From: Lama guanicoe | Lineage: Eukaryota | Length of the DNA: 64,000 bases | NCBI GenBank assembly: GCA_013239625.1 | Contig: MU053557.1 | Span: 3,998,123 to 4,062,122, forward strand | Direction: 5' to 3' | In this document: one piece after another, positions 1 to 13,241 of the stretch | Numbering within the stretch: position 1 is the stretch's first letter | How the letters are laid out: each line of letters starts with the position of its first letter | Program-made: the position numbers and the translations under genes | The notes under the pieces: model-generated | Databases searched by the model: none | What the model was told of the DNA's origin: nothing | Seen by the model: the letters and a program-made list of their open reading frames with translations, nothing else

Positions 1-1656
1 TTCATCTTTTTCACATTTGTTTCTTCTAGCTAGTTTTATATATATATATATTTCTATGAAACTGAATAATAATTTGACAATCAAACAAAACAATGTTAAG
101 GCATGCTATCATGCCATAGCTCCATAGCCTGTCAAGAATTAAACAGTTCCCCCTGGAAGTCTTCTTGGTCTTCAGAGACCTGGTGACTTCACCCTTGGTG
201 TCACAGATTGTTTGCCGAGTGACTTCATAATGGGGTCTGAGGTTCTCATAATGGAACCACAGCCCTCGGAGCAAGAGAACTGAGCCTTAGAAGTTGCTAT
301 CAAACTTTTAACTGAAAGAACTCCTGTGGCTAAATCACACTGTTCCCTAGGGAAAAGATGAAAACTTTCTTTGTGGCTGTCCTGGCTTTTGGCTATTTCA
401 CACGTAAGGATTTATCAAAGAATCTCAGGACGGGGTAAACAATTAATCTAAGGGAAGTAACAAGCCGACAGTAACTAGTTTTTAGATGTAGAGATTTGTG
501 AAACTTTGAAGTTTCTCTCAGAGATAAAGAATTCAAGGCCTCAACTAAAATGAGTATCAGTGGTTCAATTCATTTTCTAACATCCCAAGAATTCTGCCAA
601 AGACAGGTTTAGACTCAAGACATTTTAAGGGATGATCCATAAAGGGTGTAACTAACATTTGACAAATAATTGGTTTCCGAGTTGATAATCAATATCCTCT
701 CTCCTGCTTCTTCCTAGTCCTTGCCCACCAGACATTGCCACACACTTGTATTTTGTGTGTGAATGCACACAAATGCCTCGTACACAAAGAAGTGTCAGTT
801 TTGGACACGGCTTACCATTACAGGACAACCCGATGCTACCAAAACAAAGCTCAAGAGAGGGCTCAGCTCTTCCTAACTAACTCCAGCAAAATGCCACCAA
901 CAAGGGAGTCCATGATGGCAAACTGAATCTGCTGGCAGGATGGTGCAGGCTGAAGGGGAGGCAAGAAGCCTCAGCTGCAGCAGCTGAAAGAAGTCAAGGC
1001 TATGAAATGGGTATAAGGTACGAAGGTAACAGGAATCCTTAATAGTCTGGGTAAGCACCTGTTGACACAGAGGCCCGAACAAAGGAAGAGGCTTCCTTAG
1101 AAGCAGAGAGATTTTGGAAAAAGAGTATTTCAAGACAGGAAATAATAATTTTAAAAAATGAAGGCAGGTATCTAAGAGTTCTGTTAGCAGGTGACTAGGA
1201 GGACAACTATCAAGAACTAGACTTTTCTCTAAAATGAGTCCACACAATGTGTGAGATGCCCAGTAGCGGATGATATGCTGAGTCCCAGAGGATGAAACTT
1301 GGGTTTAAATCTCTCCGGCCTAAGCTCAGAATTAAAGCAGGAATGGGCTAAGGTTGAATTCTCAGGTGGCACATTAAGCGTCTCAGGCAAGCGAAGAAGT
1401 AAACAGTGGGAATCAGGCATGGCCAGATAAAGCTTGGGTGGAGCCACGTGTTTTTCCATGATTTTCATGGTAATTAATTTACATGGGATTACTTAATGGG
1501 TGAATTAGTTGTTCACGTCTCAACACTACATTTTCTTGGATCCTTTTTTCTAGACATTTTTTTTGCAAACAATCCTGGTAACACTGACTACGAGGTAAGT
1601 CTGCTACTTCCTGCCTAAGAAAGATTTTTCCAATCGTAAGCATATAGCATTTCTTT

Positions 1657-1737
1657 TAGGTTGACCCATATTAAACCATATGTAACTGCTAATATTTGAC
1701 CATTTTGATCTATAGAAATGCCAGTTTATATGGTTCT
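1657..1737. mobile_element. MADE2-like mariner MITE relic
   Basis: About 80 bp with inverted repeats aaccatatgtaactg (1674-1688) / cagtttatatggtt (1722-1735). Resembles the MADE2 consensus as recalled. Confidence 0.65.
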
Positions 1738-1926
1738 GAGGAAAACCAGGACACATCCCTATCTCTTACTGCTCTTTCACCTCCTTATCTATTACCAGCA
1801 ACTAAAGCTAAGTTTTGTTTTTTTAATACTTTTTCCTCCAAGTTCACTGCTGATGTTTCCATTCAAGCCCTTCTCAATTCTTGCCCATATTATTGCAAGA
1901 GCCATCTCCTTGCACTTAGTCTAATC

Positions 1927-2121
1927 CAGAGGTTGGCAAACTATGGCCACTTGTTTTTGAAAACAGAGTTTTATTGCAACACAGGCACAATCATTTGTTT
2001 ACACAGCGTCTCTGGCTGCTTTCAGGCTGCAGTAACAGAACTGAGCAACAGAGAACCTATGGCTTTTAATAGGAAAATATTCACTACCTGGCTCTTAATG
2101 GGCAAAGTTTGTCAATCCCAG
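1927..2121 (+). mobile_element. MER58A-like hAT-Charlie DNA transposon
   Basis: cagaggttggcaaactatggcc...gttttattgcaacacag...aaagtttgtcaatccc; flanked by ctaatc on both sides (degenerate TSD). Confidence 0.8.
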
Positions 2122-4149
2122 TGCTAATCTTCTCCATAATCAGAAGAATGGGCTTTCTTAAAATGCAAATCTGATTGAGGAGGCTCCCTTCTGAAAGCAC
2201 TGACTTTAAGTATCCTTAGGATAAACTTTTTGCATATCCTCCTTGACCCAGCCTCTTTCTCTCTAAAAGGAGAACTCTCCTTCTCTTACTTCAGGTTTTA
2301 GCTAACTATTTTGGGGTCCCTGCCAGTCCAGTTTGTTTCCGTATTAGAATTCCCCCTAATTAAACTATCCTTCTTTCCATACTTACATCCAATTTCAGAA
2401 GTCATTTCTTCCTTTAGGAACCCACTAAAGAATCAATTCTTTGGTAAAGCCTTCTGAGCAAACTATGTGAGCTTAATCATTAAAATATTTAGGAGATAAG
2501 AGACATAAACAGTATTTCCCAAGAGTGACTTGAATACCTTCTAATAGTATTAGTGATGATTTTAGTGAATATGCCCATGGATATCTTTTATTGCAACAAT
2601 TATATCTTTTAAAATGTTTGTTAGGAAAAATATAATTACAACTTCAAATTCAAGACATCATGGATATTCATGCTTAGAATGAATCTAATGTGAGTAGTCA
2701 AGTTTTAAAAGGCAGCCAATTCAAGAAAAATGGTTTTAAAGAAAAATGACACATGACTTTGGAAGGAATCATGAACCAAGTGACTGAAGTGTGGGAGCAT
2801 TCCTGTAAGTAATGGGAGCCACTGAAGTTCTGTAGACAGGGCAGTGGCCTGATAACCTGGATATACACGCTAACTGTGATCTCAACCTATAAAGCGTAGA
2901 ATTGTGGCAGCACTTTCCTAATCTGCTCATTACACAATTTTCATGAACTTCCCAAGTCTCTTTTTTGCCTGCAAATTATTCTGTCACTCAAGTTCCTCTA
3001 AGACCAGCCAGAATTCTCCAACTCTGGTAGTAGTGAAGGAATCAAAATAAAATGGAGAGATGGTGGTAAAATCCAAACCTGGTAGCTTCTTCCCTCACTA
3101 TTCCAGCTCCCTTATATTCAAGAGACTGAACTGTGGCCAACACCAGAGCAGGACCACACAGGGTGTCCCTATCCAGGCACAAGAGTTAAAGGGTGGGTTT
3201 TGATGAAACTAAAATGAGTCCAAAGGCCCCTGGACAGTGGTTGTAGTCATTTTTACCATTTCCCAGAATAATCTCCCCTTCTAACAAGTCACAGCTATCC
3301 ATTACACAGCCAAGAATCAGGGCTGTATTGTCTCAGCTGTCTTTCAGAGAAGAAATCCCAAAGACTCTGCTAAATTTAAGATAAAGACATTTTCAGGTTC
3401 AAAGTTTAAAAAAAGACTTATCATTATCTCATCTCTGTACAAAATAAAACAACCAAGTACTTATATTAGAAGCCATTAAGAGAGTCTGACCTATGAATTT
3501 TGTTTTAGGAACTTTCATGCAGTTATTATCAAAAGAAGTCTGTACAGCGGAAACGCGTATGCTCCATAAGAGTCAGCCTATTATGTGCCTCTAATAACGT
3601 TACCTATCCTAACTTCTGCGTGTACTGTTTTGCTAACATGTAAGTGAAAACATCAAAACCAAAACAGAACCCTCTTTTGAGAATTTAATGTGTAGCTGAC
3701 TGATAACACTCCAACATATTTGGGGAAATGTGTGAACTCCTTAAGACGTGATTCTCTAAACTAAAAACAATGTCATTGGGGTTTCAGTTCTACTGGCTGA
3801 ACCCAAGGGGTATGGGGGTAACACGGACTAAACAACTGAGATTCTGAGTCCCACCTACAACTCCAGCAGAGAAGCCTCCCTTTGCCTGTGCTGAACATGA
3901 GGTTTCAACATGAGATTTTACATAAAAAAGTTTTGTTCCTAAAATGTTTGAAAATCATAACTGTACGGAAAATCATCCTTTTCAAGACAACAATTAAAAG
4001 CAACAAATCACAGCACTCAGCCTGAAGACTTGGGTTGAGTCCTGTCTCTGCAGTTAAGTGATATTGGCAAATCTAGTAACTCCTCCAAACCTTAAGATTT
4101 TACAAACCTTTACAAATCTGAGGTTATATTTACTGCTTCACTTGCTAAA

Positions 4150-4565
4150 TATGCTCTGACCACACTGATTCCTCTTTCCACGTATTTTCAAATGTACAGA
4201 GCTCTTTCCTGCTTCAGAACCTTGGGGCAAACTGTCCTCTCCTGTAAGAATGTTTTCCCCATGATTTTCATAGGCTGGGTCTTTTTCATCGTCTAGTTTT
4301 CAGCCTGAATATTCCTTCTTTATAGATGCGTTCTATCCTACCTAGATTTACCTCTGATATTTTTCAAGTTAATATGCTTCTGTTTCCCTCATAATTCTTA
4401 TGATAACTGATAAATATTTTATTTTCTGTGTCTTTATTTTTGACCTTTTACTAAACATAAGCTTCATGAAGTCAGAAAGCAAGATTTCGGTTTATTTCGA
4501 ACACTTAACAGTGTCTGGCCCAACTTAAGCACCATAAGTACTTACTGAATAAATGAATAAATGAT
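4150..4565 (+). mobile_element. L2 3' end
   Basis: Typical L2 3' motifs ending in a tgaataaatgaataaatga tail. Confidence 0.7.
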
Positions 4566-4911
4566 TGTATGAGTGAGTTCTAGGGAGAATGGGTATGGTA
4601 ATGGGCATAAAAAGCATTTCTAAACTTAACTCTTTCTTCATAGGTAATTTAAAAGAAAATTTATCACTTGTTGTATTGGCTCAGTCTTTCAGAACTGAGT
4701 GTGTGGTTCAGAGTGAAGACTGATGCTATAGACTTTGAATTGGAATTTCAGCTCTTCTATTTAGACTATATGAGCTAGGACAGGTAACTGAATTTCAGTA
4801 ATTACCTGGAGGTTGGCTGTGAGAAGTGAGAAAGATAATGCATAAAGGAGGTCCAGCATAATGCCAGTCACACAGCAGGCCAGCAGTATCCTTGTTATGT
4901 TGCTTCCAACT

Positions 4912-5021
4912 AGAAGATCGACCAACCTGGTTTGCCTGAGACTGAGCGTTTTCTTGGGATGAGAAACTTAGAGTGCTACGGTAGGACAGTCTCAGACAAA
5001 CTGAAATAGTAGGTCACCTTA
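4912..5021. mobile_element. MER94-like hAT-Blackjack relic
   Basis: gaccaacctggtttgcctgagactg...cagtctcagacaaactg...ggtcacctta internal inverted repeats. Confidence 0.6.
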
Positions 5022-5384
5022 CCACAAATGTGCTTTCAGACCAGCGACTAGTTCTCTTTCCATATTTTACCAACTCTTTCCTTCACTCAGACCACATAAC
5101 CTATACCATAGTCATCCTCAAAGAGTACAACAGTATTTTCCAGACATTCTCAAAATCTCATCTCGTAGGCCTCCCAGGTGGTGGTCCTAATTCCATGGCA
5201 CACACTGAGGTTCCTTAGAGGGAAGAGAAACTGTACAGATGATTGCTATTCCTTCTCCCAAATTTATTACTAGCTCTCTCTTACCATCCTTTCTTCAGAC
5301 TTTCTTAGGATCCCAAGGTTTCAAGGAAATGAAAAATAACTTCTCAGTGCTAAGAATTTATCCTTAGGCTTTTAGCTTAAAAGC

Positions 5385-6825
5385 AGGGTAAATATTAAAT
5401 TTACTCTTTTAAAATACTCAATCCAGCAGTCTTTAGTACATTCAGAGTTGTGAAACCATCACCACTACCTAACTTCAGAATAATTTCCAACAAAAATAAA
5501 CCTGTATCCATTCTACCATCCCCCCAGTACCTGGCAATCACTAGTTTATATTCTCTTTATCGATTTGTCTCTTCTAGACAATCAATATAAATGGAATCAT
5601 ACAATATGTGGCTTTCTGTTTCTGGCTTCTTTCCTTGATCATAAGACTATCAAGGTTCATCCATATTGTAGAATGTATCAGTTCTTCATGCCTTTTTATG
5701 GCTAATACTCTATTGTATGGCTATACCGCTTTTTTCAATCCATCTGTCCATTAACAGACATTGGGTAGTTTACACTTTTTGGCTATTAGAAATAACATTT
5801 CTGTGAACATTCATGTACAATGTTTTGTGTGGACATATCTTTTCATTTCTCTTGGGTATACATTTCTAGGAGTGGGATCTCTGGGTCATATAGTAACTCT
5901 ATGTCTGAACATTTTAAGGGATTGTCAAACTGTTTTCCAAAGCAGCTGCAACAATTTACAATCCCATCAGCAACATGTGAGGGTTCCAATTTTCCCACAG
6001 CCTTACCAGAAATGAGTTAGTGTCCATCTTTTTTTATATATATATAATAACCATCCTAATGGGTGTGAGGTGGTATCCCATGGTTATAATTTCAATTTCC
6101 CTAGTGAGGAATTATGTTTGATATCTTTTCATGGACTGATTATCCATTTGTGTATCTTCTTTGGAAAAATCTCTATTCAAAGTCTTTGCTCACTTTTTAA
6201 TCAATTATTTACCTTTTTATTGTTCAGTTATAGTGTTCTTTATATATTTTGGATACAATTTATTGCATTTAATCGGTTATTGATTTGCATATTTTTTCCC
6301 ATTTTTGGGACTGTCTTTTCACTTTATTAATGGTGTCCTATGAAGCACAGAAGATTTTAATTTTGATGAAGTCCAGTTTATTTATTGTTGCTTATGCTTT
6401 TGTTGTCATATCTAAGAAACCACTGATGAACTCAGGGTTGTGGAGGTTTACTCCTGAGTTTTCTTCCAAGAGTTTTACAATTTTTAGCTCTTACACTTAT
6501 GTCTTTGATCCATTTTGAGTTAATTTCTGTATATCGTACGAGGTTGGGGAACTTCAACAAAAGTCCAACTTCACTTTTTGTACATGGACATCCAGTTGTC
6601 TTGGCACCATTTGTTGAAAACTGTTCTCCACTGTATTGTTGAAAATCAATTGACCATAAATATAAGTAAGGGTTTATTTAAGTTTTATGCTATTAGTCTA
6701 TATTTCCATCCTTATGCCAGTATCACAGTCTTGATTACTGTAGTTTTGCAGCAAGTTTTGCAATTAGGAAGGGTACATTCTTCTACTTTGCTGTTTTTCA
6801 AATTGTTTGGACTATTCTGGGTCCT
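5385..6825 (-). mobile_element. Old L1 (L1MB-like) 3' UTR and ORF2 end
   Basis: Antisense L1 motifs such as aaatggaatcatacaatatgtgg, aactgttttccaaagcagctg and ccagttgtcttggcaccatttgttgaaaa. It accounts for the ORFs at 5761-6865. Confidence 0.9.
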
Positions 6826-7859
6826 TCAGCAAGTTTTAAAGGTGTTATCAAAGGATAATATATAGATCTCTTTAGCATAATAGTTCTAAGAGCAACATGC
6901 AACAGGAAATAAGTGTTATAATAGATGACTTCAATAATTTATAGAATATCTGTAATGAATACTTCCTGGGAAGCAGTTTGGGCAAGCAGTTGTGTCACTG
7001 TTTATGGTAATGCTACAAATATAAATGCTCCAACGCCCTCTGAAATTACTGGCAAAAAGTTTGGTATTTTCCAGTTTTCATCCCCAGGTAGTTCTTAGCA
7101 TCTCAAAAGACAATGGCAGGACTGAAGGGAAGTACAGTTTTCTCAAATAAAACCTGCTCCTTTTCCCAGGGCGGTACTGCTATTTAAACATCCTTGTCCA
7201 TGCCTCTCCCTGATGTTTAGTACACCTATGTTCTACTGCCAACTTTCTTCTTGTCCCAGGCCACTTGAGAAATCCATTCTGCTTCTTACGCCTAGCAATT
7301 TCACAGAGATTTCATACCTAAGAATGAGCTGAGTCACCAACTTTCACATGTATCTTCTTTAGCCTACAGTTGCCTTCTTTTCAGGTTATCAAGACATTGT
7401 AAATGTGGGGCCAGAGCTTGCACAAGATAAGATTAAGGGCCAAGCACATATCTATATTTGTACACTAATTGCACATGTGCCTCCCTGCATCCTTCAGACC
7501 CCAGTTCAGGTTCTACCTGGCACTTTGTTTCTGCATTCTGGGGCAGCCAGAAGGTTTATCTGCTTGAGAACATCAAAAACCTCTGGCTGGACATTTTGCT
7601 TAAAGGCTCATCCTTTTTAAATCATACACGATTAAAAAAAAAGTCCCACTGGACCTTATATATTAAGTTTTCTACAAATAATCATGACACAGTGTTAAGT
7701 TTTAAAAAAGGGGGGGAAATGTAAGGATATAAAACGATGTGTACACAGTATGATCTAATTTTTGAAAATGTATGTATTACATATATACCAAAATATAAAA
7801 TATTAGAAAGAATACATGGTGGGACTCGTAAAAACTTCTAAATATGCCTGATTTTTATT

Positions 7860-7904
7860 AGTTTTTTTTAAATTTAAGTACAGTCAATTACAATGTGTCA
7901 ATCT
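7860..7904 (-). mobile_element. Extremely 5'-truncated L1 tail (~45 bp)
   Basis: The reverse complement gattgacacattgtaattgactgtacttaaatttaaaa resembles the L1 terminus at 9560-9600. Degenerate TSD ctgatttttatt (7848-7859) / ctggttttaatt (7905-7916). Confidence 0.6.
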
Positions 7905-8083
7905 CTGGTTTTAATTTAATGCTTATTATATGCCAGGCACTGTGCTTGGTGCTACTTAGGAATTCTCTCATTCAATATTCAAAACAATTCTACTAAGTAG
8001 GTATTGGTACTGACTCCCATTTTACAGATGATGAAATTGAGGTTTGGAGAATGTAGGGACTCATTCAAGATATCATGGCTTAT

Positions 8084-9604
8084 TACTACAGAGTTACAGT
8101 AATCAAAACAGCATGCTATTGGCACAAAAACAGACATATGGATCAATGGAACAGAATAGAGCACCCAGAAATAAACTCAAAAACATTTGGTCAATTAATC
8201 TTTGACAAAGAAGGCAAGAATATACAGTGGGGTATAGTAAAGAGTAAAGAATGTCTCTTCAGCAAATGGTGTTGGGAAAACTGGACAGCTGCATATAACT
8301 CAGTGAAGTTAGAATACTCTCTCACACCATACACAAAAACTCAAAATGGCTTACAGACTCAAATATAAGACAAGACACAATAAACATCTCAGAAGAAAAC
8401 ATAGGCAAAACATTCTCTGACATAAATCTTAGTGATGTTCTCCTAGGGCAGTCTACCCAGGCAATAGAAATAAAAGCAACAATAAACAAATCAGACCTAA
8501 TTAAACTTATAAGCTTTTGCAAGCAAAGGAAACCATAAGTAAAACAAAAAGAGAACCTACAGAATGGGAGAAAATATTTGCAAAAGATGAGACTGACAAG
8601 GGCTTAATTTCCAAAATATATTAACACCTCATACAACTTAATAACAAAAAAACAAACAATGCAATCCAAAAATAGGCAGAAGACCTAAACAAGCAATTCT
8701 CCAGTGAAGACATACAAATGGCCAACAGACACATGAAAAAATGCTCAATGTCGCTAATTATCAGAGAAATGCAAATCACAACTACAATGGGATATCACCT
8801 CACACCAGTCAGAATGGCCATCATTCAGAAGTCCACAAGGGATAAATGCTGGAGAGGCTGTGGAGAGAAGGGAATCCTCCTACACTGCTGGTGGGAATGT
8901 AGTTTTGTATAGCCATTATGGAAAACAGTATGGAGATCCTCAAAAGACTGAAAATAGACTTACCACATGATCCAGCAATCCTACTCCTGGGCATATATTC
9001 AGAGGGAACCTTAATTCAAAAAGATACACGCACCCCAATGTTCACAGCAGCACTATTTATAATAGCCAAGACATGGAAACAACCTAAATGTCCATTGACA
9101 GATGGCTAGATAAAGAAGTTGTGGTATATTTATATGATGGAATACTACTCAGCCATAAAGAAGAATAAAATAATGCTATTTGCAGCAACATGGGTGGACC
9201 TGGAGAGTGTCATTCTAAGTGAAGTCAGCCAGAAAGAGAAAGAAAAATACAACATGATATCACTTGTATGTGGAATCTTAAAAAAAAAAAAAGGCAAATT
9301 TATTTACAAAACAGAAACAGACTCACAGACATAGAAAACAAACTTACGGTTATCAAGGGAGAAGAGGGTGGAAAGGGACAAATTGGGAGTTCGAGATTTT
9401 TCAGATACTAAGTACTATATATAAAATAGATAAACAACAAGTGTATACTGTATAGCACAAGGAACTATATGCAATCTCTTTTAATAACTTATAGTTTAAA
9501 AGAATATGAAAATGAATATATGTATGTTCATGAATGACTGAAGCATTATGCTGTACATCAGAAACTGACACATTGTAAACTGACTATATGTCAATAAAAA
9601 CATG

Positions 9605-9676
<72 letters not shown>

Positions 9677-9678
9677 TG
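8084..9678 (+). mobile_element. 5'-truncated artiodactyl-type L1 (ORF2 C-terminal remnant, 3' UTR, tail) with 16-bp TSD
   Basis: ORF2 peptides [42 protein letters not shown] and MEYYSAIKKN, with frameshifts. TSD agatatcatggcttat at 8068-8083 and 9679-9694. Confidence 0.97.
9605..9676. repeat. Compound (TA)n(CA)n microsatellite
   Basis: Seen directly; it occupies the position of the L1 poly(A) tail. Confidence 0.95.
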
Positions 9679-10700
9679 AGATATCATGGCTTATGAGGGG
9701 AGAAACCAAAAAACAAGTCCAGGAATCTGACATCCAGAGCCCTCAAGCTTAATTTTGCATTATCTTGATTAGAATCTTATATTTGACCAGAGTCTTCGAA
9801 TTTTTCAAAACAATCTTTCATGTTTATCCTTTTGTTTCATGAATGTTTAATAAACACCTAGTAATTTCCAAACACTGTGCTAGGTGCAGGAAAACAGGGA
9901 AAAAATAAGATATTATTACTCTCAGGCTATTACTTTAGATAACACAGGTATATAATTAGAAGCCTGCTATAGCTTTTAGCAAGTATTTTCCTAAACAGGG
10001 CACCTAAGAAAGCCATACCAATACGGAATTGTAGGCAGGGATGAGAATATTCCCTTTTTATACATAACAAGAAAGGACTCCAAAGTTAATTGTTTTGCCC
10101 AAGTCAAATAGGAAGTACAGTTACAGAAGATGAACAATGTTTTTATTATTTCACAGTAGCTCCTATGTGGCTATTGTTAATTTTTTTTAATGGACCACTT
10201 CATGAAAAATGCAACTGCAAAAGTCCACTGACTATAATTTATCATGAAATGTAGTAATTGGCTTGCTGCTGTTATTATATTTCTGCTGAATAAGATAAGT
10301 ATTTTCACTAACGTTTTCCACAGTTATCTTTTTATCCTGTTCTTGACCATTATGCTCTTTGTCCCCCACATTAAGAATTCTTCCTGTTTGAAGTTCATAG
10401 AGAACTTTTACAGTGACTCTCAAAGAGCTGAACTCAGTAGGTACACATTAATTACGGTTGTTTTACAAGTAAGATAATCCTGGAGAAAAGTAAAAAGATT
10501 TTCCCGGGGTTTCCTCAGGGTCCCTCCCCCACTTCTTAACATACAAGTTTACACCTTTGCTAAAAGCTCTAATAATTTTTCACCATGATAACAAGGTTAG
10601 AAGGGTCTCCAGAGTGAAGGAAGTAGTGAGGAGAGAGGCAAATCTTTGTATGGGATATTTGTAAGTCAGGAGTTTACAAATCAAGAACTGTATTCACTTA

Positions 10701-10956
10701 CAGACTTGTGGTTACCGGGGGGGGGGTAGAGGGTGGGAAGGGATAGACTGGGATTTCAAAATTGTAGAATAGATAAACAAGATTACACTGTATAGCACAG
10801 GGAAATATACACAAAATGTTATGATAAATCACAGAGAAAAAAAATGTGACAATGAGTGTGTATATGTCCATGAATGACTGAAAAATTGTGCTGAACACTG
10901 GAATTTGACACAACACTGTAAAATGATTATGAACCAATAAAAAATGTAAAAAAAAA
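10701..10956 (+). mobile_element. Young L1 3' UTR fragment with perfect 18-bp TSD
   Basis: TSD aagaactgtattcactta at 10683-10700 and 10957-10974; AATAAA plus A tail. Confidence 0.95.
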
Positions 10957-11595
10957 AAGAACTGTATTCACTTAAAATTCCTGTAATAGTACAACTAAGT
11001 AGGAGGAAGAAAGGTTGTATTTAATACAGATGGTCACTAAATATTTGTATTAATTTCCCTTAGAGCTTTGAACCTCACTCTAGAAGTTCAACACAGTGGA
11101 AAATGCAGAAAGACCGAAACACCTGAAACATGAAGTGATTTTCCTTCGTTCGTCATGAGTGAACCTATTCGAATTGTGCACCATCTTTCCTTCAAAATGA
11201 TGAATTCATTATATTTCCTTATTTTTAAAAAAATCACTAAATCTTATCCTATGGAAATCCCCTCTTTAACTGAAGATACAGTTAATGAGATGCGCCTGAA
11301 TTGTGTTTGTTTCTAAAAATATAGGGCTGAATAGGAAGTGACCTTTGACTTTGAGCAACTCACAGTTTAACAGGTTATTTGGACAATTCATTTATGCAGT
11401 GAATGTTCTTTAAGTCCTCATGAAACTAAGAGATTTGGCTAGATTCTGGGTCCTCAATGGTAATGAAAATAAGTCTGTGTCCTTGTGCAGTTTACAGTCA
11501 AGCAAGGGAGCAAGAAAACAAATGATTATTAAAAACATGATAAAATGTGAGAAAGAGAAAAACAACCCATGACATCCAGGAGCTGACTTTGGCAT

Positions 11596-12086
11596 TGCTA
11601 TAGTTTGGCCTCCTACTCACAGCGAGGCCTTGGTGTTCTAGTCAACATAAACAATTTCACAGAACATTAACAGCAGACAAAGCTGCCCTGTAACCGTGAC
11701 AAATCAAGACAAAGACAATATTACTCCATAATTATGGATGAACACAGGCAAAACACAAACATACATTCCCCCATCTAGGCTAGTACGAGTGACTGCTGCT
11801 TCCTTACCAATTACAGCCTTAGCCTGTGCCTATCTTCCCTCCTTCTAAAGACGACTTCTTAAGATACCACATCATAGAATTACCCTCACTTCCTGAGGGC
11901 AACCAATCCAAAGCAAAGTCCTCCAAAAAGTTTCCCCCAACTAACCCAATAATCTCAAATCCTACAATAATTCCTTCCTAATAATCTCTTACTGAGATAC
12001 CCTATGGCTTCCATGTGCGTTCTCCCTCACAGTGATGAGTAATAAACCCAACTTGTTCAACTGAAGTATTCCTGCTGCTCGCTGAC
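11596..12086 (+). mobile_element. Old ERV1-class solo LTR (subfamily uncertain)
   Basis: LTR-like composition; AATAAA at 12041-12046 about 40 nt before a ...gaca end. Boundaries approximate. Confidence 0.6.
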
Positions 12087-12766
12087 AAATGCAAAACTTG
12101 AAAGTGGCAACATCATGCCTGCTCAAACTCTCTTTTCTCACTTCTCTCTGTAGGGGCATTGACAGGGGTAGGAAGACTATGAAAATAAGTGATACTTGAA
12201 CCCTTAAATGAAAGGGAGGGAATATTCTATTCATTTACTTATTCATTCATTAACTCATATGCTACCTTGTTCCAAAAATAATTTTAGGTGGCTGATGTTA
12301 TTCAGTGGATTCAGAGGTACAGAGTCAGAGTAGAGGGCACTCCCTGAGAACTGTCATAAAAAGACAACACTATGATCTAAGGAAACACCTAAAGACCATG
12401 GAACCTAACATGGGATGGGGGTGCCCCAAATGACACTGATGTTTAACGGGATACCCCTCCCCCAACAGCTGAGGCTCCCTCTTCCCTCTCCTCAACCAGG
12501 GACGACATATTAATCACCCGCTGTCAGGTTCTACCTACCTGCTATCTCTCATAAGCATCTTCTTCCCTTTACTAAAGACGCTTCAGTCCCATCCTCATCC
12601 TCACTTCCTATCCCTTACTGGTGGCAAGTCTGTTCTCAGGTTCTAAAAGAAAAAATCCTCATTTTTTTCCTGTTAGTCTTACAGAATTTAAGAAGCCCCA
12701 GTTCAATCTTCAGGCAAATGCAAGTCAAGTCACTCGTAGTCAAACCTAATGATTTTCAAGTAGAGC

Positions 12767-12945
12767 AGTACTGTTCTCACATGAGGCAGTTATAATACGT
12801 GGGGATTTGACTTTTGCGTGTCAGTGACTGGAGTGGCACTGCCAGCATTCAGTGGAGGAAAGCCCTGCAAGGCACGGGACAGTCCCACGTAGTAAAGAGC
12901 CGACCCACTCAAAATGCCAACAGTGACTCCCACCGAGAAACACCT
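12767..12945 (+). mobile_element. MER20-like hAT transposon
   Basis: gggacagtcccac...caaaatgccaacagtg...gagaaacac resembles MER20. Confidence 0.7.
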
Positions 12946-13241
12946 CACCCACAGATGGAAACTGTCACACCCAGTCCTCCTGCTTCTCCCCATGCCCACA
13001 CCAGACATCAGCGATCAATGGTAGTACACTCTACAGAGCTGGATTTGGCTTCAAAAAGCTTTCTCAACATAGTAATCCAAGCATACCCTGCCCGTCAGAT
13101 TTGGCATGGAAGACAAAACTTATTTGTCATTCCTGCCCTTACCTTTTTCTTTTTAACACTAAGGAAGCTTCTTTCTTCTTGAGATGAAGTCTTCCCCTGG
13201 CACCTGAGCCTTGTTCCACTTCCTTGCCTTGGTCATCTGAC

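Larger units (their letters stand above)
7917..9755 (-). mobile_element. MIR split in two (7917-8083 and 9695-9755) by the L1 insertion
   Basis: The MIR core cccattttacagatgatgaaattgagg lies to the left and continues as caggaatctgacatccagagcc after the L1. Confidence 0.75.

Noticed and set aside
1696..2127. 143-aa ORF
   Set aside because: It has a non-ATG start and runs through MADE2-like and MER58A-like repeats.
8075..9334. ORFs with reverse-transcriptase-like peptides
   Set aside because: These are frameshifted L1 ORF2 C-terminal remnants, not a host gene or an active element.
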